Source: Gammaproteobacteria bacterium (GTDB lineage: Bacteria; Pseudomonadota; Gammaproteobacteria; Arenicellales; JAJDZL01). Taken from it: a stretch of 64,000 nt of DNA. Positions 38,080 to 48,011 of the stretch are shown in pieces. The number at the start of each line of letters is the position of its first letter. Position 1 is the first letter of the stretch. The position numbers and the translations under genes are program-made. The notes beneath the pieces were generated by a model. That model was not told the DNA's origin. It did no database searches and worked only from the letters and a program-made list of their open reading frames with translations. The stretch lies in assembly GCA_022823625.1 (NCBI GenBank), contig JAJEHQ010000036.1:1032-65031 (forward strand). Reading direction: 5' to 3'.

Positions 38080-40776
38080 GTGATCATCAGATCTATAGCT
38101 GTCAATGAATTTATGAAATTCGAACAGCCAGTGGAAATCACCGGACTTGATGATAAACTCAACATCATTGCCGGGCCGAACGAAATGGGCAAATCGACGA
38201 TATTGAGCGCAATGCGCGCCGCGTTTTTTGAAAAACATCGGTCGCAGAAAAAGGAAATCACAAATTTACAGCATTCACTAAACAAAGGGTCTCCTTCCGT
38301 TCGAGTTGATTTTGAAATTGAAGGTGAGCAATACCAGATTAAGAAACGGTTTCTCAAGCGTCAGATTGCTGAACTCAGGTTGCCCGATGGCAGACTCATC
38401 AAGGGTGATGAGGCGGAAGAAGAGTTATCAGATTTACTTTCGTTTAAAGTCTCGGGTAGCTTAGATGGGCAACCCAAAGAAATATGGAATCTGTTTTGGG
38501 TTGAGCAAGGCAAGTCTTTTACTCCAGTTGATGTTTCTGAAGGTGCGCGTTCGGGTCTGCAATCAATTCTGGAATCTCAGGTCAATACTGTACTTGGCGG
38601 AAGACGCGGTCGGAAACTTCTCCATCTCTTCACTAAACAGTTAAACGCATATCTAACCCCTACAGGCAGAGAAACGGGGGAATTTAAACAGCTTAGCGCG
38701 CGTGTAGACGCTGTGCAAGATGAAATTGAAGCTTTGGATACAAGACGAACCAGCTTACTCAGGGACTTGGAACGTCTGGAAACATGTCAGCAGAACCTCA
38801 AGCGATTGGAGGAGGATGAAACCAGCAAACTGGAGGAACAGGAACTAGAGCAGTTCAAATCAAGATATGAAGAACTGCGTCAGGTCGAATTGAAAATCGA
38901 AGTTGCCAGAGGAGAACTTGGGCAAACAAAGGAGCAACATTCATCTTTGCAAAAGGAACTGCAAGTATTGCTCGACTTCATAAAGGAATTGAACAAGGTT
39001 CGCGCTGAATTTGGTACTTTGGAAGCAGAGTTGAAAGATTCTTCCAATCAGGAATTGGAGTTGCTTTCGAAGAAAACCGAGATTCAGAGTGCTGTTGACG
39101 GGTTAAAAAGCCAGATTGTCGAAGCGGGAAATATTCTTGAGATCAAGAAGGACATTTTGTCACTAACACAGCAGTGGTCGAAATGCACTGACTTGGAACT
39201 AAGGCTTGAACTTGCGGCTTCCGCACAAACACGGAGAGAGGAAAGTCTGAAAGCCGCAAATAAGATATTAGTTTCTGATCAAATCTTGCGCCAAATTGAG
39301 CAGGTTAATTCAGAGCTTGAGTCTGCACAGGCAACGATCACTGCGAACGCGACTGAAATTCTTTTTCAGTTGAAAGCAGAAGGTGCTGCGGGAATCACCG
39401 TCAACGGCGAACCGCTCGAGAATGAAAATCAATTGCTTGAAGCTGTAACGGAAGTTTCGATTGATCTCCCTGAGCGAGGTCGGATTCGTGTAAAACCAGC
39501 TGTGCAAAATGCTGATCAGCTTTTGGAAGCACGACAAGTTGCACAAAAACACCTTAATTCCATGCTCGCTCAGGCAAACGCAGACTCAGTGGAAGACGCC
39601 AGGCAATTAAACGAAGTGCGAAAAATTTCGTTGCAGGAAGCAGAATCAGCAAGTCGCGAGATTCAGGCTCATTTGTCAGAATTTGGTCAATCTGAAGGTG
39701 GTATCGAAGCGATTAAAATGAATTTTTCACAGCAAAAGAGTTTACTTACTACCAGTGCCTCCAATCTTGGTCTGACTGAAATTCCCACCGTCAGTGTGGC
39801 GGAGGAGTTGCTGAGTCAGTCAGAAAGTGCTTTAGCTCAGTTGCGGTCCAGTTTAGAAACACCAGCGAGGATACTTAGGCAAGCAGAGGATAGACTGGCA
39901 GATACTAAACTGGAAATTGCCAACAAGCAGGGCCAAATTGAAATCCATACAAAGCAAATTAAAGGCCTCGAAACAAAAATCGAGGTTCGAGGTGGTGAAA
40001 AAGAGGCGAGTGAGCTTAAAGAACACATTGAGCAACTGGAAGTGAAAGTTGAGCAGCAGGCAATTGACCTGCAAGTACTAGAAGACACACTCGACCAAAC
40101 AGAGTTTGATTTTGTTTCGGTGCGGATTGAGCGTTTGGAAGATAAGATTCATAATCGAAAAGCGCAGATTCAAAATCTTCGCGATGAAGTCAATCAACTC
40201 ATTGGTCGCATCGAATCCCAAGAAGGTGCCGGAATTGATGAGCAGATTGCACAGAAACAGCGCGAGTTAGAGCGCGAAAGGAACGAGTATGACAAAATCG
40301 AGAATGAAGTGGAAGTTCTTAAACTGCTGCGTGACACACTGTCGAGTGCACAGCAGGAAGCGACGGAACGATATTTGTCACCAGTAAAATCACAGATACG
40401 ACCCTATCTGAACGTGCTGTTTCCAAACGCAAAGATTGAATTTGACGAGGAATTGAACATTATTTCAATTGACCGACATTTCAGTGAATCATTTCAAAAT
40501 TTGAGCATGGGTACTCAGGAGCAAATTGCGGTTCTTGTAAGGTTGACGTTTGCTGAACTCTTAGCTGCAAAGGGTCGGCCCGCAACTGTAATTCTTGATG
40601 ATGCCTTGGTGTTTGCAGATGAAGAAAGGCTGAAAACGATGTTCGACATCCTTTACAGGTCATCACGAAACATTCAGATCATTATTTTGACATGCAGAGA
40701 GTCGTTATTTGAAGGTTTAGGTGGTAGAGTGCTCACCTTAAATCAGATCAATGAGGGTGAATTTCAATCGGGTTGA
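38080..40776 (+). CDS. Rad50/SbcC-like SMC ATPase (YhaN-like)
   Basis: GPNEMGKST, WVEQG Q-loop, long coiled coils, LSMGTQEQ signature, ILDDALVFAD, ILTC. Confidence 0.88.
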   Translation: MIIRSIAVNEFMKFEQPVEITGLDDKLNIIAGPNEMGKSTILSAMRAAFFEKHRSQKKEITNLQHSLNKGSPSVRVDFEIEGEQYQIKKRFLKRQIAELRLPDGRLIKGDEAEEELSDLLSFKVSGSLDGQPKEIWNLFWVEQGKSFTPVDVSEGARSGLQSILESQVNTVLGGRRGRKLLHLFTKQLNAYLTPTGRETGEFKQLSARVDAVQDEIEALDTRRTSLLRDLERLETCQQNLKRLEEDETSKLEEQELEQFKSRYEELRQVELKIEVARGELGQTKEQHSSLQKELQVLLDFIKELNKVRAEFGTLEAELKDSSNQELELLSKKTEIQSAVDGLKSQIVEAGNILEIKKDILSLTQQWSKCTDLELRLELAASAQTRREESLKAANKILVSDQILRQIEQVNSELESAQATITANATEILFQLKAEGAAGITVNGEPLENENQLLEAVTEVSIDLPERGRIRVKPAVQNADQLLEARQVAQKHLNSMLAQANADSVEDARQLNEVRKISLQEAESASREIQAHLSEFGQSEGGIEAIKMNFSQQKSLLTTSASNLGLTEIPTVSVAEELLSQSESALAQLRSSLETPARILRQAEDRLADTKLEIANKQGQIEIHTKQIKGLETKIEVRGGEKEASELKEHIEQLEVKVEQQAIDLQVLEDTLDQTEFDFVSVRIERLEDKIHNRKAQIQNLRDEVNQLIGRIESQEGAGIDEQIAQKQRELERERNEYDKIENEVEVLKLLRDTLSSAQQEATERYLSPVKSQIRPYLNVLFPNAKIEFDEELNIISIDRHFSESFQNLSMGTQEQIAVLVRLTFAELLAAKGRPATVILDDALVFADEERLKTMFDILYRSSRNIQIIILTCRESLFEGLGGRVLTLNQINEGEFQSG

Positions 40777-40890
40777 ATGTTGCAGACAGAGACAGTGAAT
40801 GGAATTCAAAATCGACCGAGATGGCTATCTCATAACCTGATCTATGGCTGATTATTCGTTCACATTCGAAATTTGCTTAATACCTAAAGG

Positions 40891-40919
40891 TTTGAGTCTA
40901 CTTTATTTGTAGACTCAAA
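40891..40919. promoter_or_regulatory. 11-bp perfect inverted repeat (operator or hairpin)
   Basis: TTTGAGTCTAC-N7-GTAGACTCAAA between the SMC gene and phyH. Confidence 0.45.
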
Positions 40920-41062
40920 TTGTCATCTGGTTCAGCCAAACCAAATGTGGTGTGACGTAAATGTTGATCTCAAAATTTACTGTATTCTGAATGGAGTTGT
41001 TAATTCAGAAAATATAAAATTCAAATTCTGACAGTGATTAATTTCAGAATCTACGCCCAAAA

Positions 41063-41938
41063 ATGACCAGCAATCAACAACTAGCTATCGAACAGGTTCA
41101 GCATTTTCAGGATTTTGGATACGTTGTAGCCAATTCCGGACTTGATGACAGCTTACTAAGTAGAATGGATGAAGAACTTGACGGTTGGATAGAACTCAGT
41201 CGGAATTACGATGCCAACTTTGGTGAGACTGTTGATGGGAAGGCTCGATTTGATCTCGAAGTTGGCCATAGTCGGGAGGTTCCCAGACTTCGCCGTGTGG
41301 CAAATCCGGCTGATATTTCAGAAGTCTTTCAGGAAGTTCTTTGGGCTAGTCCAATCGTCGATATGGTCTCGCAACTGGTTGGTCCAAATGTTCGATATCA
41401 CCATTGCAAGCTCAATATCAAGCTGCCAAAAATGGAAACTCGAGTTTACTACCATCAGGATCAGTCTTATGATCCGCACACCAATGATGACATGCTTGCA
41501 ATTCTGCTGATGCTCGATGATACGAGTGAAGAGAATGGATGTTTACGTGTCGTTCCGGGGTCTCACAAAGAACGCTACTCTCATTTTCAGAATGGGCACT
41601 ACGTAGGAGCAATCGATGCGTCGTTTAATGAGGAATTTGATAATCGGGCAGTGTCAATTGTTGCCAAACGCGGCGATATTTGTTTCATGCACTGCTGGAC
41701 TGTGCATGGTTCTGAAATCAATCGCTCTGATCAAGCGCGGCGTTTGCTGATCTGTGACTACAATGCGGCAGATTCTTACCCATTGCTACCGCCGGCGTTA
41801 CCTTCTAAGTTCAGTGGAAAAATAGTACGCGGCAAACCAAGTCCGGTCGCCCGACTGCGGGATGCGGAAATTGAAATGCGTACACCTTACTCTCAAGATT
41901 CCTTTTTTGAGATTCAAGGGCAGCCATCCGCGACATAA
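41063..41938 (+). CDS. PhyH-family Fe(II)/2-oxoglutarate dioxygenase
   Basis: KLNIK, HQD, NGCLRVVPGSH, VHGS, RRLL. Confidence 0.9.
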   Translation: MTSNQQLAIEQVQHFQDFGYVVANSGLDDSLLSRMDEELDGWIELSRNYDANFGETVDGKARFDLEVGHSREVPRLRRVANPADISEVFQEVLWASPIVDMVSQLVGPNVRYHHCKLNIKLPKMETRVYYHQDQSYDPHTNDDMLAILLMLDDTSEENGCLRVVPGSHKERYSHFQNGHYVGAIDASFNEEFDNRAVSIVAKRGDICFMHCWTVHGSEINRSDQARRLLICDYNAADSYPLLPPALPSKFSGKIVRGKPSPVARLRDAEIEMRTPYSQDSFFEIQGQPSAT

Positions 41939-41953
41939 GAGGAAAATCTGAAC

Positions 41954-42631
41954 ATGACATTTTCGATAACTGCAGTCGATACAGAAACTGGTCATGTTGG
42001 AGTTGCAATTACTACATCAAGCATCGCCGTCGGAAGTCGCTGTCCTTGGGTTCGCGCAGGGGTAGGAGCGGTCGCAACTCAAAATATAACGGATCCGATT
42101 CTCGGACGAGCGATGTTGGACTACATGGAATCTGGTGATGATGCTGAGAAAGCGATTCTCAAAGTGATAGGTAGCGAAAGCGATCTCGAATACCGTCAAT
42201 TGACCGCTGTGGACCTGAATGGAGTTGTGGGCCATTACACCGGAAAGAATATTCTGGGAACCAATTCAGTTGTAGTTGGGTCATGCTGCGTAGCCGCTGG
42301 TAATCTTCTGGCAAACGAGAAAGTCCCCCTGGCGATGGTTGACTCATTCGAGAATCGCGACAATACCAGACATTTTGCGGAAACTTTGTTGAATGCACTG
42401 CAAGCGGGATTGGACGCAGGAGGCGAGGAAGGTGAGGTTCGTTCGGCTGCCGTGCTGGTAGCGAACCAAGTTGCATGGGCCGATGTTAACCTTCGGGTTG
42501 ATTGGGCCGATAATCCAGTAAGTCTCCTTAGATCTCTCTGGCAGGTATACGAACCGCAGCGAGCAGACTATGTGACTCGTGCCGTATCACCAGGTGACGC
42601 ACCGTCATATGGCGTCCCCGGCGACATGTAG
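41954..42631 (+). CDS. DUF1028 (Ntn-hydrolase-like) protein
   Basis: MTFSI, AVGSRCP, GAVATQ, YRQL, AGNLL, AGGEEG...SAA, LRVD. Confidence 0.88.
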   Translation: MTFSITAVDTETGHVGVAITTSSIAVGSRCPWVRAGVGAVATQNITDPILGRAMLDYMESGDDAEKAILKVIGSESDLEYRQLTAVDLNGVVGHYTGKNILGTNSVVVGSCCVAAGNLLANEKVPLAMVDSFENRDNTRHFAETLLNALQAGLDAGGEEGEVRSAAVLVANQVAWADVNLRVDWADNPVSLLRSLWQVYEPQRADYVTRAVSPGDAPSYGVPGDM

Positions 42632-42680
42632 ATAGCTAAATTCCAATCACGCCAAGATTTAAAACGAAGTAATGGCTCAC

Positions 42681-43481
42681 TCAATTTGAGTGAATCAGTT
42701 TCAGACATTCTTCATGCAGTCTTCGGTTTGACGCGGCCAGTACTTTTTTTCCGGAACCAAGTCTGATTGGTTTCCCATCCCAATCAGTAATGATGCCACC
42801 CGCTCCTTCAACCACCGGTACTAATGCCATCACATCATAAGCTTTCATATCGGCTTCCATAACTACGTCGATGTAGCCAGACGCGAGCAGTCCGTACGCA
42901 TAGCAATCAGCTCCGAATCGCCTTTCTCTGGCATTCAGTGAAACCCGATTGAATAACTCACGTTCCTCATCAGAGAACATGTCGATTGATGTTGCAAATA
43001 CTGCGGTTTCAGTCAGGCTTCTGTCCGGATTTGTGCGACAGGGACGTCCTTTCCAGATTGTTGTGAAGCCACGCGCTCCGCACCATCTTTCTTTCATAGC
43101 TGGTAATTCAATAATTCCCACTATTGGTTTAGTATTTTCAGTGAGTGCAATTAGCACACCAAATGTCGGCAATCCGTAGACAAATGCCATGGTGCCATCG
43201 ATTGGATCGAGACACCACTTCAATTGCCTTTCTGAGATTGTGTCGCCATATTCCTCGCCGAAAAAGTCGTGATCAGGAAACTGTTCCTTTACTCTGACTC
43301 TTGCCATTTCTTCTATCGCACAGTCTGCTTCTGTCACCCAGGTATTATCCGGCTTGACCCACTGTTTCTGCGACTGTCTATAGTAGTGACGGGCAATTTC
43401 GCGCGCTTTATCGGCGATGCTATTTGCAAATTGCAAGAAATTTGCTATGTCTTGCTGGCTGCATTGTGTCAGGTTTGTCAT
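42681..43481 (-). CDS. Inositol monophosphatase family, HisN-like histidinol-phosphatase
   Basis: VTEAD, GEEYG, LDPIDGT, GADCYAYGLLASG, YDVMALVPVVEGAGG. Confidence 0.85.
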   Translation of the reverse strand: MTNLTQCSQQDIANFLQFANSIADKAREIARHYYRQSQKQWVKPDNTWVTEADCAIEEMARVRVKEQFPDHDFFGEEYGDTISERQLKWCLDPIDGTMAFVYGLPTFGVLIALTENTKPIVGIIELPAMKERWCGARGFTTIWKGRPCRTNPDRSLTETAVFATSIDMFSDEERELFNRVSLNARERRFGADCYAYGLLASGYIDVVMEADMKAYDVMALVPVVEGAGGIITDWDGKPIRLGSGKKVLAASNRRLHEECLKLIHSN

Positions 43482-43720
43482 ATCCCTCTGATAGTGCGGT
43501 AAGGTAAAATCGAGGCTTGCTTTTGGCAGATTGGACGATTGTCAATTGCGTCGCAAATTTTACGCCGAAATCCCGAACGAAACCAAAAGGATGAAACTAG
43601 AGGCGGTCGCGCTGTAGGGGTTTTTGCACCTGATTTTTTCGGCAGCACTGAATCAGGTGGTTGATTTGAATATTTTTAATGAGTATCTTGGAAACAGCGG
43701 ATCAATCAAAAGGATGCACC

Positions 43721-44218
43721 ATGAAGATTCAGCGCGCAGGCTTGGATGATCCTCGGGTTAGCAAACTTGTTGAAACCCATATGAACCAAGCCCGTATCGA
43801 AACAGCGCCTGGAAGCAACCATGCCTTAGATTCAAAAGGATTGAAAGGCTCCGAAGTGGAGTTCTGGAGTATGTGGGAGAATGGCGATCTAGTGGCTATC
43901 GGCGCCATGCAAAGGTTGTCGGCCGATCACTACGAAATTAAATCAATGCACACCGTCAGTTACAAGAGACGTGGCGGAATTGGCAGTAAGATGCTACTTC
44001 ACATTATTGACTTCGCACGTGCTGAGGGTGCGAAACGATTGAGCCTTGAGACGGGTTCATGGGAGTATTTTCGGCCAGCACGCGCCCTGTATTCGAAGCA
44101 CGGTTTCGTTGAGTGCGAGCCGTTTGCTGACTACGTACTGGACCCGAACAGTGTCTTTATGACGCTAGATTTGAATACCCAACCTTCCATTGAAATATTG
44201 AATTCGTACGACTGTTGA
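43721..44218 (+). CDS. GNAT acetyltransferase (YsnE/YedL-like)
   Basis: SNHALD, EIKSMHT, RRGGIG, SLETG, FADY...DPNSVFM. Confidence 0.87.
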   Translation: MKIQRAGLDDPRVSKLVETHMNQARIETAPGSNHALDSKGLKGSEVEFWSMWENGDLVAIGAMQRLSADHYEIKSMHTVSYKRRGGIGSKMLLHIIDFARAEGAKRLSLETGSWEYFRPARALYSKHGFVECEPFADYVLDPNSVFMTLDLNTQPSIEILNSYDC

Positions 44219-44564
44219 GATGACTGCCGAATAAAACGGTGCCGAGAGAAATCGCGTTTCCGTACGAGATCAATTTTGGGCGGAACTTTCGGTGAAGAGG
44301 ATCGCTAGGGATATCGAGAAAGCTTGAAGAATCCGTGAAAATATTGGTATTTCCACCATTGGCAACATCAGAGATGCTGAAGCGGAATAGTTGCGTCTTT
44401 TTGACTCAGGTGTGTTTGAAAGCCCCTTGTGATTTGAGATGCGAGGTGGGTTAGTAGAGATTGCACAATTCAAGTTCTGGAAGGTCGACGAGAACCGAAA
44501 TTGGGGATTTTATCGGGGAAATATTTATTTCATACCTCTGAAATCGTTTGTATAAATTGACACT

Positions 44565-45680
44565 TTGGACAGCACGACCATCTCAACAATTTTGTCAAAG
44601 TCTAGCCCTAAACTGTTCACTCCGATTTCTTTTCGTGAGTTGACACTGCAAAATCGCATCATTGTGTCACCGATGTGCCAGTATTCGTCACACAACGGTT
44701 GCGTTTCTGACTGGCATATGATGCATCTTGGACAATTTTCAGTCGGTGGTGCAGGCTTGTTAATCATGGAAATGACGAATGTCGAAGCCAGGGGACGTAT
44801 AAGCCCGTTTTGTGTGGGTCTGTATAGTGACGAAAACGAAGTAGCACTTAAGCGGATAGTTAATTTCTGTCATCAATACGGGAGTGTACCTATTGGTGTT
44901 CAGTTGGCACACGCAGGACGAAAGGCGTCGACGCGGCCTCCCTGGCAGAATAGAGAGTATATCCCACCGTCCGAAGGGGGATGGGTGCCTGCAGCACCTT
45001 CGCCAATCGCTGGGGGAGGGGGCACGACTGTGCCCCACGAACTCGATAAAGAAGAAATTGGAAATTTAGTGAGTGCGTTTGCCGAGTCTGCAATTCGAGC
45101 AGATCGAATCGGTTTTGCAGCGATTGAACTACACGCGGCACATGGTTATCTACTCCATCAGTTTTTGTCACCTTTGTCAAACCAGAGGAACGATGAATTC
45201 GGTGGTTCACTAGACAACAGAATGCGGTTTCCGCTTGCAGTTTTTCATGCGGTTCGGGCGGTTTGGCCCGATGACAGGCCAATTGGGGTTCGGGTATCAG
45301 CAACTGATTGGGCTGAGGGAGGCTGGAGTCTGGAAGAAACCGTAGAATTTGCCATTGAACTCAAGAAAAGTGGGTGCGACTGGATTGATGTATCAAGTGG
45401 CGGATTGGTTCATCATCAGGACATAACCAGTAAACCAGGCTATCAGGTTCACTTGGCTCGTGCGGTTCGACATGAAGCAGAAATTGCGACTATTGCTGTT
45501 GGAATGATCACTGATCCCCATCACGCAGAATCGATCATTGCCGAAGGAGATGCAGACGCCATCGCATTGGCTCGGGGTATGCTTTACAATCCACGTTGGC
45601 CTTGGCATGCGGCAGAGGCTTTGAATACCAAAGCCCACTATCCAAATCAATACCTGCGCTGTCAACCCATAAGGAGTTAA
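44565..45680 (+). CDS. NADH:flavin oxidoreductase (Old Yellow Enzyme, YqjM/NamA-like)
   Basis: SPMCQYS, QLAHAGRKAS, HAAHGYLLHQFLSPLSNQR, DVSSGG; exact start uncertain. Confidence 0.92.
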   Translation: MDSTTISTILSKSSPKLFTPISFRELTLQNRIIVSPMCQYSSHNGCVSDWHMMHLGQFSVGGAGLLIMEMTNVEARGRISPFCVGLYSDENEVALKRIVNFCHQYGSVPIGVQLAHAGRKASTRPPWQNREYIPPSEGGWVPAAPSPIAGGGGTTVPHELDKEEIGNLVSAFAESAIRADRIGFAAIELHAAHGYLLHQFLSPLSNQRNDEFGGSLDNRMRFPLAVFHAVRAVWPDDRPIGVRVSATDWAEGGWSLEETVEFAIELKKSGCDWIDVSSGGLVHHQDITSKPGYQVHLARAVRHEAEIATIAVGMITDPHHAESIIAEGDADAIALARGMLYNPRWPWHAAEALNTKAHYPNQYLRCQPIRS

Positions 45681-45686
45681 CTCCGT

Positions 45687-46982
45687 TTGCATTATCGCCG
45701 TCACATCTTCTGTTGCGTTAACGAACGCGAATCTAGTCATCCACGAGGTTGTTGTAGTGTTCGGGGTTCGATTGAATTGCGCGCCTATATGAAGAAGCGT
45801 GCAAAAGAATTGGGGCTCGACGACATTCGAGTTAACAATGCTGGCTGTTTGGAGCGATGCGAACTGGGACCTGCGATGGTTGTTTATCCGGAAGGCATTT
45901 GGTATCACTACGAAAACACCGAAGATATTGATGAAATCCTCGAAGAGCATATCGTGCAGGGCAATCCAGTAGGGAGGCTGCTGCTGAAAGACGGCCAAAA
46001 GTTCCCGGAGCCTTCGCCACCAGAGTGGCTGGACCTTGTGGTTTCAGAAATTACGCACTTGGGTGATGGCTGTCTGACAATTGAATTCCGACAGCCGAAA
46101 GGCGAGGGCTTGCCAAAGTTTGCCGCAGGCGCTCAATTGGGCTTGCTGTTTGACCGTCATCGCTTAAGCCGGAATTTTTCACTCATCAATAACCCCATTG
46201 AAACTAACCGCTATCTGGTCGGAGTGAAAGATAAAGATAGTGATGAAGCAATGACAGACTGGATAGTTTCCAATATTAGAGTTGGTGATGAATTTAAGGC
46301 GCACCTTCCAATTAACACGGTAGGACTGAACGAATCTGCCGTGCAGCATACTCTTTTCGGGGAAGGCAGTGGTGTTCTGCCTTTGCTATCGATGTGTCAC
46401 CGACTCTTTGACATCGATGCGGACTTCAAAGTACACTACTTGAATAATCCATCGGGGAACAACTTTTTTCTGAAGGAACTTAAAGAAATTTGCGGTAAAC
46501 GACTGACTCTTCACCTATCCGATACATTCTCTGCGATTTCAGCCACGTTTTCGAAATTTCCTAATGGATCTACAGAAAATCATCATTTGTACTTATGTGG
46601 GTCCGCAAACTTTGTGACGACAGTCTTGGGAAAGACATCAGACTGGCCCGTGGAATCGGTGCATACGCAATATATGTCTGCACCAAAATTGAAAGTTCCT
46701 GCCGTATCGAACTTTAGTATTACTTTGGCTCGACGGATGAAAACCCTTCGCGTTGGTGAAACCCAAAGTGTGTTTGATGTGTTGCATGGAGCAGGGTTGT
46801 TGAATTTAGAGTACGCTTGTGAGGATGGACTATGTGGAGCGTGCAAGGTCAAAGTACTTTCTGGCGAGATTGAACACCGGGACTTTGTGCTGACTCCGGC
46901 AGAGAAGTCCAAACAAAACACTATGATTGCATGCGTATCCAGGGCAGCGGAAGAAAGTTCTCGACTGATCCTGGATATTTAA
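45687..46982 (+). CDS. Fusion: thioredoxin-like [2Fe-2S] ferredoxin plus PDR/VanB-type reductase with C-terminal [2Fe-2S] ferredoxin
   Basis: N-terminal IFCC...GCC...GCLERCELGPAMVVYPEGIWY; central LPKFAAGAQ, RNFSL, YLCG; C-terminal CEDGLCGAC...CVSRA. Confidence 0.82.
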   Translation: MHYRRHIFCCVNERESSHPRGCCSVRGSIELRAYMKKRAKELGLDDIRVNNAGCLERCELGPAMVVYPEGIWYHYENTEDIDEILEEHIVQGNPVGRLLLKDGQKFPEPSPPEWLDLVVSEITHLGDGCLTIEFRQPKGEGLPKFAAGAQLGLLFDRHRLSRNFSLINNPIETNRYLVGVKDKDSDEAMTDWIVSNIRVGDEFKAHLPINTVGLNESAVQHTLFGEGSGVLPLLSMCHRLFDIDADFKVHYLNNPSGNNFFLKELKEICGKRLTLHLSDTFSAISATFSKFPNGSTENHHLYLCGSANFVTTVLGKTSDWPVESVHTQYMSAPKLKVPAVSNFSITLARRMKTLRVGETQSVFDVLHGAGLLNLEYACEDGLCGACKVKVLSGEIEHRDFVLTPAEKSKQNTMIACVSRAAEESSRLILDI

Positions 46983-47014
46983 CACTAACACTAAATTATT
47001 GGAATGAGTGATCG

Positions 47015-47797
47015 ATGGAACTGTTCGGTAAAACGGCAATAGTAACAGGTGGCGGTTCAGGCATCGGATTAGCGATTGCGAAGGCATTTGTATCGGAAGG
47101 GGCGGTAGTCTATGTTTGCGATCGCGATAAGAATCTTGTCAAAGAATTGCGGGATACAGATCCCCAAATTATGGGTATGGTTGCAGATGTTGGAGTAGAG
47201 TCAGATGTTGATGAATTATTCGATTCGGTTCTAGAAGCTTGTAATGGCCAGTTGGATATTTTGGTCAATAACGCTGGCATTGCAGGTCCCAACGGTCCCA
47301 TGGAAACAATAACTCTCAGCGATTGGGAAGCAACGCTTCGAGTCAATGTAATCAGTACGTTTTTGTGTACACGCCGCGCGCTAGAAGTGATGAAGAAACA
47401 GAATAGTGGTTCGATTGTTAATCTTTCATCAACAGCAGGGACACATGGGTACCCACTGCGTACCCCATATGCCTCAGCAAAATGGGCGATTGTTGGAATG
47501 ACCAAGTCTTTGGCAATGGAGGTTGGAGGTTATGGTATTCGGGTTAATGCCATCTGTCCCGGACCGGTCTCAGGTCCGCGAATGGACCGGGTAATGGCAG
47601 CTGAGGCCAAGACTCGAAATTTAAGTGAAAAACAGATTTACGATCAGTTTGTAAGTCAGATTTCACTAAAGACTTTTGTTGAAGCAGAGGATATTGCCCA
47701 GATGGCGCTATTTATTTGTTCAGAGCGAGGTGAAAAAATAAGTGGACAGACCTTAGCAGTCGACGGGCACACAGAATCACTTTCGCTACTGACTTAA
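47015..47797 (+). CDS. Short-chain dehydrogenase/reductase
   Basis: TGGGSGIG, NNAG, YASAK, VNAICPG. Confidence 0.93.
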   Translation: MELFGKTAIVTGGGSGIGLAIAKAFVSEGAVVYVCDRDKNLVKELRDTDPQIMGMVADVGVESDVDELFDSVLEACNGQLDILVNNAGIAGPNGPMETITLSDWEATLRVNVISTFLCTRRALEVMKKQNSGSIVNLSSTAGTHGYPLRTPYASAKWAIVGMTKSLAMEVGGYGIRVNAICPGPVSGPRMDRVMAAEAKTRNLSEKQIYDQFVSQISLKTFVEAEDIAQMALFICSERGEKISGQTLAVDGHTESLSLLT

Positions 47798-48011
47798 AGG
47801 GTGTAATTTTGAAATCGGCCGCTATTTTTAACAAGTTCAGCGCAATTTCGAACATTTTTCTCAAAAAGTCAAAATTCATTCGCCTTTGTTTGATAAATTA
47901 GAAACCCCATTACTCATGCAAATCACATTTGCGAGTAGCCTAGTCTTTGTACCAAACAGATAAGTATCTCTTTTTGGTGAAATTTATTGAGCTTTATTTG
48001 GAGTAGGAAAT

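Noticed and set aside
44219-44564. Intergenic stretch with a protein-like frame broken by several stops
   Set aside because: Possibly a decayed gene, but I could not assign a family; needs blastx.
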